From NCBI GenBank assembly GCA_937127125.1, contig CAKZLO010000063.1:8185-72184 (forward strand): a DNA stretch of 64,000 nucleotides, in the 5' to 3' direction. Of this stretch, positions 9,794 to 18,652 are shown piece by piece. The stretch is from an uncultured Ardenticatenia bacterium (GTDB taxonomy: Bacteria; Chloroflexota; Anaerolineae; 4572-78; NAK82). Position 1 is the first letter of the stretch. Each line of letters starts with the position of its first letter. A program made the position numbers and the translations under genes. The notes below the pieces were generated by a model, which had not been told where the DNA came from, did no database searches, and was given only the letters and a program-made list of their open reading frames with translations.

Positions 9794-9837
9794 TGGTTTG
9801 AATTGGGTTAGAATTTGGTTAGGGTTTGGTTTGAATC
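9794..9837. repeat. Four tandem imperfect 11-bp direct repeats, probable regulator boxes
   Basis: TGGTTTGAATT / GGGTTAGAATT / TGGTTAGGGTT / TGGTTTGAATC. Confidence 0.65.
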
Positions 9838-10153
9838 TGCACTCCTTGCTGGCTGTGTCTTGCCATGCTGTCTGCCATCTGTATGCTGCAACGCTACAAC
9901 CTCTTAGCAGGTCCCTTTTCTTTTGGAAAAGGCGGAACGATTCTCCGCCTATAGGTCAGCTCTTCTTTCTTCTTGGCAAGTACATCGGCCCCCACGGACT
10001 AGCTTGTGGGGTCTTATCTTCTTTCGGGATCACCGAGAGTCTTAACTACTTCTTAATCCCTTTTTCATGCATTTCTAATCTCGAGACCTTATCATAATAT
10101 CGAGAATCGGAGAACCAGTATCCTCCCTCTAAAAAAGTGACTCCCTCCAACCG

Positions 10154-10195
10154 GGCGACCGGTGGCGTGGCAACGCCGGTCGCCTTCCTCTTTTT
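10154..10195 (+). terminator. Probable intrinsic terminator
   Basis: GGCGACCGG/CCGGTCGCC 9-bp stem followed by TTCCTCTTTTT. Confidence 0.55.
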
Positions 10196-10440
10196 GCCCA
10201 AGTAATGTTGCCCAGCGCAGAGTCAGTCCGTGCTTTCCCCCATGTCACATTCACCGCAGGACTGCGGAAATCACCCGCCATCTCCCGCACGCAGCCTTGA
10301 AAGAAGTGGGATCATTACCCAGACGCCACCATAGACATATCAATAGGATCTGTCTAGCGTGATGGAGAAGAGGGGATGAAGAGCAATGCGGGTAATCGAA
10401 AAGTTGAGCATTTAGGCGGATTAGACAATTTTTTTCTGTA

Positions 10441-10469
10441 TTGACAGAGACCCAACGTCGTGCTATAAT
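10441..10469 (+). promoter_or_regulatory. Consensus sigma70 promoter upstream of the multiheme cytochrome gene
   Basis: TTGACA-17bp-TATAAT plus TG extended -10. Confidence 0.8.
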
Positions 10470-10852
10470 GTTTTCAATCACAATCGCAAGGAATGCTGGT
10501 TACCCATTCTCTAGTTGCACGTCGCGTTGGACTTCATTTCGTCGTTTCAAGGCACCCTCCGGATTGTGTAGATTCAAGGGTTGCACATGCTGGCAAACCA
10601 TCTGAGGTGTGTTCTTACAGATGATACTCTTTCGAGAGATCCCCTTGATAAGTGGTGAGGAGTAAAAGTTTGTTGTGTTAATACACCGAACCCGCAGCGT
10701 GCGGTCACCCCAGGTGAACGAGGAATAAGAGGAGTGTATAGCGGGTAACAGTAGGTAATTAATGAGGGCATTGGGTTCCATTGCTGGCGTTATGCCACGG
10801 ACGTCGGAGCAGGAGGATGGTTTTGTCGTAACTTTCAGGGAGGAGAGTTCGA

Positions 10853-12961
10853 ATGAGAAGACTAATAATCTTGTGTGGAGTCGTTCTGGTCCTTGCTATA
10901 GTCATGGCTATCTCATCGCATATTGTCATACGTGACAGAGTTGCGGTCGCTGCCACACCCCCCATTGAAGTACCATTTGAGAAAGAGTGGGCTGGCTCTG
11001 GCCATGCCGATGCCACTGCCGAAGCATTCACACATTGGGACGAAGCGACCCCGCCAGAGATTCCCATTCCCTGTGCCAAATGCCATAGTACCTACGGTTA
11101 CCAAGATTTTCTCGGCGTGGATGGTTCGGCTGCGGGCACAGTGGATAAGCCGGCGGCTCTCGGTTCGGTGATTACCTGTGTGGCCTGTCACAATGAGGCA
11201 ACTGTGAAGATGGACAGCGTGATGATGCCCTCCGGCGTCGAAATCAGGGGTTTGGGATCCGAAGCACGCTGTATGCAGTGCCACCAGGGGCGTGAGTCAA
11301 AGATTGGTGTGGACAAAGCCATCGCTGAAGCTGGGGTCGGCCTGGATGAGATCAGTGACAAGCTCACCTTCCGCAACATCCATTATTACGCAGCCGCCGC
11401 TACCAAGTATGGTACACTGGCAAAGGGCGGTTATGAGTACGATGGTCAGTCGTACGATGGTAACTTTGCCCATGTGGAAGGCTTTAACACCTGCGTCCAG
11501 TGTCACGATCCGCACACGCTGGAACTTAATCTTCAGGCATGTGCGACCTGCCATCCTGGTGTGGCAAAGGCAGAAGACCTGCGCAATGTGCGAATGGCCG
11601 GTTCACTGATGGACTATGATGGCGATGGGAACGTCCAGGAGGGCATATTCTACGAGTTGCAGGGATTGCGAGATATGCTCTATCAGGCCATCCAGGCTTA
11701 TGCCAGCCAGGTGACGAAAAGCTCGATTGCTTATGATCCTGTGGCGTATCCTTATTTCTTTACGGACACCAATGCTAATGGAACTGTGGACGCGGATGAG
11801 GCCAAGTTTGAAAACGCGTTTAACAAATGGACACCGCGCCTGCTCAAGGCAGCCTATAATTACCAGACTTCGATTAAGGACCCTGGCGCTTATTCACACG
11901 GCGGCAAGTACATCATTCAGCTGCTATATGACTCAATCGCCGATCTGAACACTGTTCTGGCCAGTCCAATCGATCTTAGCAAAGCGCGTCGTGTTGATTA
12001 CGGTCACTTCGCTGGGTCTGAGGAAGCATTTCGTCACTGGGATGCGACCGGTGCTGTGCCAGCAGCTTGTAGCAAATGCCATTCAGCGGAGGGTCTGCCG
12101 TTGTACCTCCGCGATAAAGCCACCATTACTCAGCCGATAGCCAACGGTTTCACGTGCGCGACCTGCCATAGCGATCTTACCACGTTCGCGCTGTACCAAG
12201 TCGAGCAGGTCGAGTTTCCCAGCGGCGCTGTCATCGACAGTGGTGATCTCAACACCAATCTATGCATGGGCTGCCATCAGGGACGCGAGTCGACTGTGAG
12301 TGTTAACAACCTGGTGAAGGACTTACCACCCGACGAAGTATCGGAGAGGTTAAGGTTCTTAAACGTGCACTATTTTGCGGCCGGCGCGACACGTTTTGGC
12401 ACGCAAGTAAAGGGCGCCTACGAGTATGATGGCAAAACATATGTGGGACTCTTTGCTCATGTGCCTGAGTTTACCACTTGTGTGAGCTGTCACCCGGCCC
12501 ACGGCCTGGAGGTCAAGATCGAGGCATGTGGCAAATGCCACGCGGGCGTGGCGAGCAAAGAGGATTTAGCCAACATCCGTTTCGCCACCACCGATTATGA
12601 TGGCGATGGCAACACGGCAGAAGGAGTTGCGGGCGAAATTGCTACGCTGCGTGAGCTGCTATATACCGCTTTGCAAAGCTACTCAGCAGAAAAGTCAGGT
12701 GCCCAAATCGCCTATCACCCCACTGTTTACCCCTACTTCTTCGTGGACGTCAACAGCAATGGCACAGTTGATGGGGATGAGGCCAGGTTTGAAAATGCAT
12801 TTAACAAGTGGACGCCGCGTCTGCTCAAGGGGGCTTACAATTACCAGTATGCCACTAAAGACCCAGGCACGTTCGTGCACAATCCAAAATACATCTTGCA
12901 AGTACTGTACGACAGCCTGGAGGACTTAGGCGCGGATGTCTCTAAGATGACACGACCCTAA
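10853..12961 (+). CDS. Exported or membrane-anchored decaheme c-type cytochrome (tandem pentaheme duplication)
   Basis: 10 CxxCH motifs, N-terminal hydrophobic helix, two homologous halves, RBS AGGGAGGA. Confidence 0.92.
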   Translation: MRRLIILCGVVLVLAIVMAISSHIVIRDRVAVAATPPIEVPFEKEWAGSGHADATAEAFTHWDEATPPEIPIPCAKCHSTYGYQDFLGVDGSAAGTVDKPAALGSVITCVACHNEATVKMDSVMMPSGVEIRGLGSEARCMQCHQGRESKIGVDKAIAEAGVGLDEISDKLTFRNIHYYAAAATKYGTLAKGGYEYDGQSYDGNFAHVEGFNTCVQCHDPHTLELNLQACATCHPGVAKAEDLRNVRMAGSLMDYDGDGNVQEGIFYELQGLRDMLYQAIQAYASQVTKSSIAYDPVAYPYFFTDTNANGTVDADEAKFENAFNKWTPRLLKAAYNYQTSIKDPGAYSHGGKYIIQLLYDSIADLNTVLASPIDLSKARRVDYGHFAGSEEAFRHWDATGAVPAACSKCHSAEGLPLYLRDKATITQPIANGFTCATCHSDLTTFALYQVEQVEFPSGAVIDSGDLNTNLCMGCHQGRESTVSVNNLVKDLPPDEVSERLRFLNVHYFAAGATRFGTQVKGAYEYDGKTYVGLFAHVPEFTTCVSCHPAHGLEVKIEACGKCHAGVASKEDLANIRFATTDYDGDGNTAEGVAGEIATLRELLYTALQSYSAEKSGAQIAYHPTVYPYFFVDVNSNGTVDGDEARFENAFNKWTPRLLKGAYNYQYATKDPGTFVHNPKYILQVLYDSLEDLGADVSKMTRP

Positions 12962-12999
12962 AGCCTCAATCGCAGCACGTTTGCGTGATCTGACAGGGT

Positions 13000-13035
13000 A
13001 ACAACAAGAGGCTACCTTAGTAGCCTCTTGTTGTT
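13000..13035. terminator. Probable bidirectional terminator between convergent genes
   Basis: Perfect 16-bp inverted repeat AACAACAAGAGGCTAC-ctta-GTAGCCTCTTGTTGTT. Confidence 0.75.
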
Positions 13036-13047
13036 GGAGAGCCACTG

Positions 13048-13335
13048 CTATGCCACCTTACGCAGTGTAAACTGGCTGCAGGAGCGACACTCAGCTGCCA
13101 GACTGCCTTCCGCCTGCCGACGAGCAACCCAGCACACCGGGCTAGTTTGCCCAGCATATTTGCAATGTGCAGCAATCGCTTGGCTCAGGGATGCCAACCT
13201 GGCTTCCGCTTCGCGACGCCACCGCGCATCCAAACGTTTCAGCATCCAGGCAATGACAAGGGTAATTGCCAGAGGGACGCCTAGCCGTAGCACAAACATC
13301 CCAAACACTGCGGCGGCATCTGTCAACCACTCCAT
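13048..13335 (-). CDS. Small membrane protein with C-terminal Cys cluster (C...CW...CxxC)
   Basis: GGAGG-type RBS before MEWLT; one TM helix; four Cys. Confidence 0.7.
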   Translation of the reverse strand: MEWLTDAAAVFGMFVLRLGVPLAITLVIAWMLKRLDARWRREAEARLASLSQAIAAHCKYAGQTSPVCWVARRQAEGSLAAECRSCSQFTLRKVA

Positions 13336-13386
13336 CGCTTTCACCCCCTCCCATATTTGCCTACACTTACAGCATAGCACAAGAAC

Positions 13387-13419
13387 AATGGGTAAGTCTA
13401 TAGGGTGAATAACCCATTT
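13387..13419. promoter_or_regulatory. Possible NarL/NreC-type operator
   Basis: AATGGGTAA...TAGGGTGAATAACCCATT resembles inverted TACYYMT heptamers, between the response regulator and the small protein gene. Confidence 0.4.
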
Positions 13420-13435
13420 TCGTATGGGGTGTCGC

Positions 13436-14089
13436 TCAGCGTGGAGGGATCAGACCTTTTCGAATGGCATATTTGACCAGCTCGACCCGGTTGTGCAGGT
13501 TGAGCTTACTTAAGATGTTCTCGCGGTGGCGGTCAACCGTCTTGACACTGACGCACAATTGCTGGGCGATCTCGCGATTAGTATAGCCCTCGGCTATCAG
13601 TGTTAACACCTGAACCTCACGGGGGGTCAGCGTGGGGCGCGTACTCTGTGCACGCTGCGTATACTCACGTACCAACACGCGTGCCAGAGTGGGATACAAG
13701 AACACCTCACCACGGCTGACTGCTCGGATAGCTGACACCAATTCATCAGCAGCGGCACGCTTGGGGACATAGCCAGACGCGCCAGCATTGAGCATTTCGA
13801 AGAAATACTGTTCGTCCTCGTACATTGTGAGCGCTAGAACGGCAGTGTTTGGACACGCCGCCTTAATTCGTCGGGTTGCCTCGATGCCGCCTATGCCGGA
13901 CATAGCAACATCCATCACCACAACATCAGGTTGAAGCGTTTGAGCCGCATGCAGTGCTTCCTCGCCACTGCCTGCTTCACCCGCGATTTCCATATCGGCT
14001 TCTGCTTGCAGCAACATCCGCAGGCCTGCACGTACCACTTGGTGGTCATCCACCAACAACAGGCGTATACGCGGTCCGCGCACGATCAA
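13436..14089 (-). CDS. NarL/NreC-family response regulator
   Basis: VDDH, VVMD receiver motifs and a LuxR HTH (LTPREVQVL...KTVDRHR). Confidence 0.93.
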   Translation of the reverse strand: MIVRGPRIRLLLVDDHQVVRAGLRMLLQAEADMEIAGEAGSGEEALHAAQTLQPDVVVMDVAMSGIGGIEATRRIKAACPNTAVLALTMYEDEQYFFEMLNAGASGYVPKRAAADELVSAIRAVSRGEVFLYPTLARVLVREYTQRAQSTRPTLTPREVQVLTLIAEGYTNREIAQQLCVSVKTVDRHRENILSKLNLHNRVELVKYAIRKGLIPPR

Positions 14090-14126
14090 CCCCTATACAG
14101 GCATACTTAGTCAGCAGCTCTCGACA

Positions 14127-16211
14127 TCACTCTGACGACTGCTCAGGCAGCGGAACGCGCACCCGAATTTCACACCCTTGCCCTGGGCGCGAGATGATCT
14201 CGCAACGACCGCCAAGCAGCCCGGCACGTTCCTGAACGTTCAACAATCCCCAGCCATGCCTTCCCGCCATTCGATGGTTTCGTGAGAGCGACAGCACCTG
14301 TGCAACATCAAATCCACAACCGTCGTCCTTCACTGCCAGGCTAACCTGTGTTGCTGTCACTTTCAGCTGGACATCTACACGCGACGCATGGGCATGCCGA
14401 GCGACATTCGTAAGTGCCTCTTGGACAATACGGAACAAGGTGATCTCGTGCTCAGGAGGCAACCTTTCCATACGCTCACCTAAGCGCGAGAATGTGGTTC
14501 TGATACCTGAGCGCATCTCAAATTCATGCAGATACCACTGCACTGCGGCCGCCAACCCTAAATCATCGAGCTGGGGAGGACGCAAATCCGCAATCAGCTG
14601 ATGCAATTCGTTTAACGCGTTGGCACTGAAGTCTTTGAGGTCACGAATCTGGCGTACCGCCAGAGCTGCATCGCTGCTCAACATGTTCTCAATGCCACGC
14701 AGACCAAGCGCAATGCCGGTCAGAGACTGACCCATGACATCGTGGAGCTCGCGGGCAGTGCGTTGGCGTTCTTTTTCCTGAGCACTTACCACCTGGCGCA
14801 GCACATCACTCAGCACATGCTCACGTTCCTGAGCCTGCTGTCGCAGCCGCACGTTTTCAATGCAAAGCGCCATTTGCTGGGCAATTCCTATGATCAAATT
14901 GTACTCATCAGGCGACAGAGAGGTGTTGCTCGTGGGGGTAGACCAGCTGAGAGTGATGCTGCCAATAACCTGCTGATGCACAGTCAGCGGAAAGCTAACA
15001 ACCATTAGAGGGGATTGATGGGACCGGCATTCACTTCGTTGTTCCGCGTCCTGGGGAGGAAACTCAAAAATCACACCATCCAGATGCTGACAGACAACCA
15101 GACCGCGCTGAACGCTGAGTTCGCCCAGGACAATGGCACGCGAAAGCAGAGAGATTTCACCGTTGGTCTCGTCTGCTGGGAAGCCTACTGCTGCGGCTAC
15201 GTACACCGTGCGGTCTTCTTCGCGTACCAAGGAAATCAGCCCGGCTTCCGGAAATGTCAGCTCCTGGATGATTTTCTGAAGGACATCCTCCAGACCGTGT
15301 TCAAGCGTGATGGACGCAGCAAGTCGCGTGGAGAGGTCAAGTAAAAGGGCAAGGTCGTGCGTCTTGAGATGCAGTGCTTCATTAATGCGTACCATCTCTT
15401 CCGTGATCTGGCGCTCACGTTCCAGCGTCTGTTCCAGCGCCAAGCGACCTTCCGTTTCAAACATGTTTAACGCGCGGATCATAAAAATGGCCAACAGGCT
15501 GGCCAAAATGGCCTGAAAGAGCTCGATGGGGATACCGAACCATCGCAAGAACAACCCACTGTTGACCCATATTGCAGAGGGAAGCGACGTTGCAGGCACA
15601 AACAACTGGCCTACCAAGCCGTATACTACGAGAATGGCACTGCACCATATGAGGTCCTGCCCCAATCGAGCCATCCCAGCTCTGCGCAAAGCATACTGTT
15701 GGCGTAGCAATGCCCATGCGCCCAGCAGGGCAGCGGGGATGCCCAATATGTATCGGGTCAGAGCGTCCACCAGAGCAGATAGGTTCTCCGATGTTGCGCT
15801 GTACATCAGAGCCACCGCCAAGGCGCAACACAACCATAGAATAGGAGCTGCAAGAATCCCCCACCGGATTAATCGAGCGTGCCGCACAGACTGTAATGCA
15901 GGCAACCACCAGACAAAGGCCATCAACATTAGGAAAGAGAGCGCCAGAACACCTGTCTGTGCAAGCTCTCCGAGTACACCCAGCGAGGTTTCACCCGTTT
16001 GCAGGGTGATGCGTTGGAACATTTCAACCCATTCGTGGGTTCCATGGAGCAACCCAAAGGCGGCTAGAGGACGCGCTGCCTGACCAAATTCAAGCCTTGA
16101 GATGCGTGGGCTACAGGTGGCCAATGCCACCCCCACGACGAAAAACGCCAACCCAGTGAGAAAATGAAAACCTACGACATGGCGTAGTAGAAACTCACTA
16201 AACGGGTTCAC
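14127..16211 (-). CDS. Membrane sensor histidine kinase (multi-TM + GAF + HisKA_3 + HATPase)
   Basis: ARELHD, QEALTNVARHA and DDGCGF motifs; ~7 N-terminal TM helices. Confidence 0.92.
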   Translation of the reverse strand: MNPFSEFLLRHVVGFHFLTGLAFFVVGVALATCSPRISRLEFGQAARPLAAFGLLHGTHEWVEMFQRITLQTGETSLGVLGELAQTGVLALSFLMLMAFVWWLPALQSVRHARLIRWGILAAPILWLCCALAVALMYSATSENLSALVDALTRYILGIPAALLGAWALLRQQYALRRAGMARLGQDLIWCSAILVVYGLVGQLFVPATSLPSAIWVNSGLFLRWFGIPIELFQAILASLLAIFMIRALNMFETEGRLALEQTLERERQITEEMVRINEALHLKTHDLALLLDLSTRLAASITLEHGLEDVLQKIIQELTFPEAGLISLVREEDRTVYVAAAVGFPADETNGEISLLSRAIVLGELSVQRGLVVCQHLDGVIFEFPPQDAEQRSECRSHQSPLMVVSFPLTVHQQVIGSITLSWSTPTSNTSLSPDEYNLIIGIAQQMALCIENVRLRQQAQEREHVLSDVLRQVVSAQEKERQRTARELHDVMGQSLTGIALGLRGIENMLSSDAALAVRQIRDLKDFSANALNELHQLIADLRPPQLDDLGLAAAVQWYLHEFEMRSGIRTTFSRLGERMERLPPEHEITLFRIVQEALTNVARHAHASRVDVQLKVTATQVSLAVKDDGCGFDVAQVLSLSRNHRMAGRHGWGLLNVQERAGLLGGRCEIISRPGQGCEIRVRVPLPEQSSE

Positions 16212-16358
16212 ACCGGGTTACCGCCAGGCTCTAATCAGGCAAAGCAAACTCACCTGATCAGCACAACATTTCCTTATGAGTGAAGCCTTGCAGACGGAAG
16301 ACTTGAATGTTAAGGGATGTCCGCAATCTGTTGCGTAACAGTATAAAGTGCAATCAGC

Positions 16359-16691
16359 TCACTCAGCCTTAATGACAGGAGGGAGATTAGCTTGTAGCTC
16401 TTCTGCTTTCTTCGCCGCCTCCGCAATGATTTCTTCGGCCCGTTGACGCGCTTCGGTCAGTATCTCTTCCGCGCGCCGGCGCGCATCGGCGGTGATGGCT
16501 TCCGCCTTTTCTTGCGCCTCGGCAATTGTCTCATTGACGCGTTCTTTCAATTCCAATCCTGCGCTGCGGATCTGGGCACGTGTCTGAGGACCGGATTGCG
16601 GGGCCAGGAGCACCCCCAAGACTCCTCCTATCATACCGCCAATAATCAACCCTGCGAAGAATTCGCCAACACCGTTTTCTCGTTCTGCCAT
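16359..16691 (-). CDS. YtxH-domain protein
   Basis: FFAGLIIGG...LLAPQSGPQTR followed by coiled coil; GGAGG RBS. Confidence 0.85.
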   Translation of the reverse strand: MAERENGVGEFFAGLIIGGMIGGVLGVLLAPQSGPQTRAQIRSAGLELKERVNETIAEAQEKAEAITADARRRAEEILTEARQRAEEIIAEAAKKAEELQANLPPVIKAE

Positions 16692-16738
16692 AAAAACCTC
16701 CGTATTTGACATATTCTAGGGAAGGATCATGCAAAAGT

Positions 16739-17266
16739 TCATTGCTCTGACCGCGTGAAAGATCGGATAATGCTTTTCACAGCCGATACGCAGGCCATTA
16801 CCTCAACAATGGGTCTGACCGCTGAATCGCTGATAAAAATGGCACGACTGCGGACAGTGCGTACCGTGTCATCTGCCTGCTGCATAATAGGACGCAGCTC
16901 AGATTGGAAAAAATGGACCAGCTCATAGAGTTTCAGAACCAGGTAGACAATTGCTACCAGAAGAGCAACAAGCAACAAACCGATAATCATCGACTGCACG
17001 CCAAGAACTATCAGAAAGATATCCCGCAATGTCGCCGCTGTCGTTGGACTGCGGAACATAAAAATTCCAAACACGATTGTGCCTGCCACTAGAACCACTG
17101 CAAACGCGACCGCCACGAGCGCCGGCAGACGACTACCTGTGGAACCAGATTTTTCCATCTCGGGCAGGTTGGGGCCCAATGGATAGGGGGCTACAGGAAC
17201 ATCAGATGCACCAGCGCGTTGAGGTCGGTCACTGAACATGACAGGTGCTCCTCCTTGGCGAGGCAA
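16739..17266 (-). CDS. Membrane protein (YtxG/DUF948-like)
   Basis: Two TM helices then an amphipathic helix; directly upstream of the YtxH gene; start uncertain. Confidence 0.65.
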   Translation of the reverse strand: MPRQGGAPVMFSDRPQRAGASDVPVAPYPLGPNLPEMEKSGSTGSRLPALVAVAFAVVLVAGTIVFGIFMFRSPTTAATLRDIFLIVLGVQSMIIGLLLVALLVAIVYLVLKLYELVHFFQSELRPIMQQADDTVRTVRSRAIFISDSAVRPIVEVMACVSAVKSIIRSFTRSEQ

Positions 17267-17292
17267 ATATACAATATTTCATTAAAATTATA

Positions 17293-17541
17293 TCACAGTT
17301 TCAACCATCTAGCAATGAGGAGAAACAGTCCACTGCCCAGGCTACCTTCCACCGGGTGCAGACGTCCTACCGTTAGGGAGTCAAGGCTGGCGATCTCTCC
17401 CACGAGTTGTCCAACCGCAAAACCGACTATTGAGGCCAACAGGAATGCCAGCAGGTGGCGCAATTTGCGCCCGAAATACAAGTGGAATAAGGCTCCATAG
17501 CTTGCTCCGAGCAATACTATCAGCAACAGTTCTGGCAGCAT
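17293..17541 (-). CDS. Small hydrophobic membrane protein
   Basis: Three hydrophobic segments; follows mnmA on the same strand. Confidence 0.65.
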   Translation of the reverse strand: MLPELLLIVLLGASYGALFHLYFGRKLRHLLAFLLASIVGFAVGQLVGEIASLDSLTVGRLHPVEGSLGSGLFLLIARWLKL

Positions 17542-17557
17542 AGGACGGCTATGTGTT

Positions 17558-18652
17558 CTATTCGATAAAACCACCACCAAGCACGACATCACCCTGGTAG
17601 AAAACCACTGCCTGACCAGGGGTAATGTCGCGAAGTGGCCGATCAAACTTAAGATGGATGCGATCACCCTCTAAACAGGTCAGTGTTGCCGGAACGTCTG
17701 AAGCTTTATAGCGAATCCGGGCGGTGACACGCACAGGCGAAGCAGGCTTTTGTCCACTGATGTAGTGCACCTCACTAGCGAATAACTCATCGCGGCCCAG
17801 CTCCTCTGCACCTCCGACGATAACGGTGTTGCGTGCAGTGTCCAGCTGTGTCACATACATAGGACGCGCCCGAGCGATTCCCAAACCTCTGCGTTGTCCG
17901 ATGGTGTAGAAAGCCAAGCCGCGATGTTGCCCCAAGAGATTCCCCCTCGTATCCAGCAGAGGGCCCGGGTGTAACAGATGGGGTGCGTACTGCGCGATGA
18001 AAGCACGATAGTCGCCATTCTCACCCGCGAAACACAAATCCTGACTCTCAGCCCGGTCATAGACAGGCAACCCCTGGCACAAAGCCTTCTGCCGCACATC
18101 AGACTTGAGCCAATCTCCCAGAGGGAACAGCACGTGCTGAAGCTGCCACTGATTGAGGCGATGAAGCACATAGCTCTGATCCTTGGCGGTATCCTTTCCC
18201 CGCAGTAGCTGATATGCTCCCTCTTCTGTACGACGCACACGCGCATAATGACCAGTGGCCAGATATTGGGCGCCCAGATTTAGTGCCTCTTCAAGTAGTA
18301 GGCCAAAGCGGATGCGCTCGTTACATATGATACAAGGATTCGGCGTGCGACCTGCTGCATAGGTGGAAATAAAGTACTCCACCACAATGCGTCTGAACGG
18401 TTCACGGTAGTCGCGCACATAGAAAGGTATACCTAGCTGTGCAGCTACTTGGCGCGCTGCTACCACGCTATCTGGGGTACAACACCGGTTGCTCTGTGAG
18501 CTGCAAGCCGCCCACAGGCGTAGCATCAGTCCGATTACCGTGTACCCCTGTTCGACCAGCAGCGCTGCAGTTACTGAACTGTCCACGCCGCCGCTCATGG
18601 CAACCACAACAGTAGCTCGCTCTCTCATATTCTTGCTAAGCAGCCGCCTCAT
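17558..18652 (-). CDS. mnmA: tRNA 2-thiouridine synthase MnmA
   Basis: AMSGGVDSSV, TPNPCIICN, ATGHYA, KDQSY, ESQDLCF and TPGQ motifs. Confidence 0.97.
   Translation of the reverse strand: MRRLLSKNMRERATVVVAMSGGVDSSVTAALLVEQGYTVIGLMLRLWAACSSQSNRCCTPDSVVAARQVAAQLGIPFYVRDYREPFRRIVVEYFISTYAAGRTPNPCIICNERIRFGLLLEEALNLGAQYLATGHYARVRRTEEGAYQLLRGKDTAKDQSYVLHRLNQWQLQHVLFPLGDWLKSDVRQKALCQGLPVYDRAESQDLCFAGENGDYRAFIAQYAPHLLHPGPLLDTRGNLLGQHRGLAFYTIGQRRGLGIARARPMYVTQLDTARNTVIVGGAEELGRDELFASEVHYISGQKPASPVRVTARIRYKASDVPATLTCLEGDRIHLKFDRPLRDITPGQAVVFYQGDVVLGGGFIE

Noticed and set aside
9794-9837. CRISPR or iteron array
   Set aside because: Units are 11 bp, contiguous and without spacers; no cas or rep gene nearby
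9925-10090. T-box riboswitch (GA-rich 5' part with AGTAG on the minus strand)
   Set aside because: No GGTGGNACC T-box sequence and no downstream amino-acid gene
10574-10648. tRNA gene (75-nt cloverleaf-like fold)
   Set aside because: No canonical GTTCRA T-arm, no 7-nt anticodon loop and wrong linker spacing; kept only as a generic structured element
9521-10781. Short listed ORFs in the large intergenic region (e.g. 9521..9745, 9798..10097, 10500..10781)
   Set aside because: No convincing RBS or protein-like motifs; they run across promoters and terminator hairpins
11795-12830. Recent gene conversion between the cytochrome halves
   Set aside because: In the most similar 55-nt block, 5 of 6 differences are synonymous, which fits purifying selection on an old duplication
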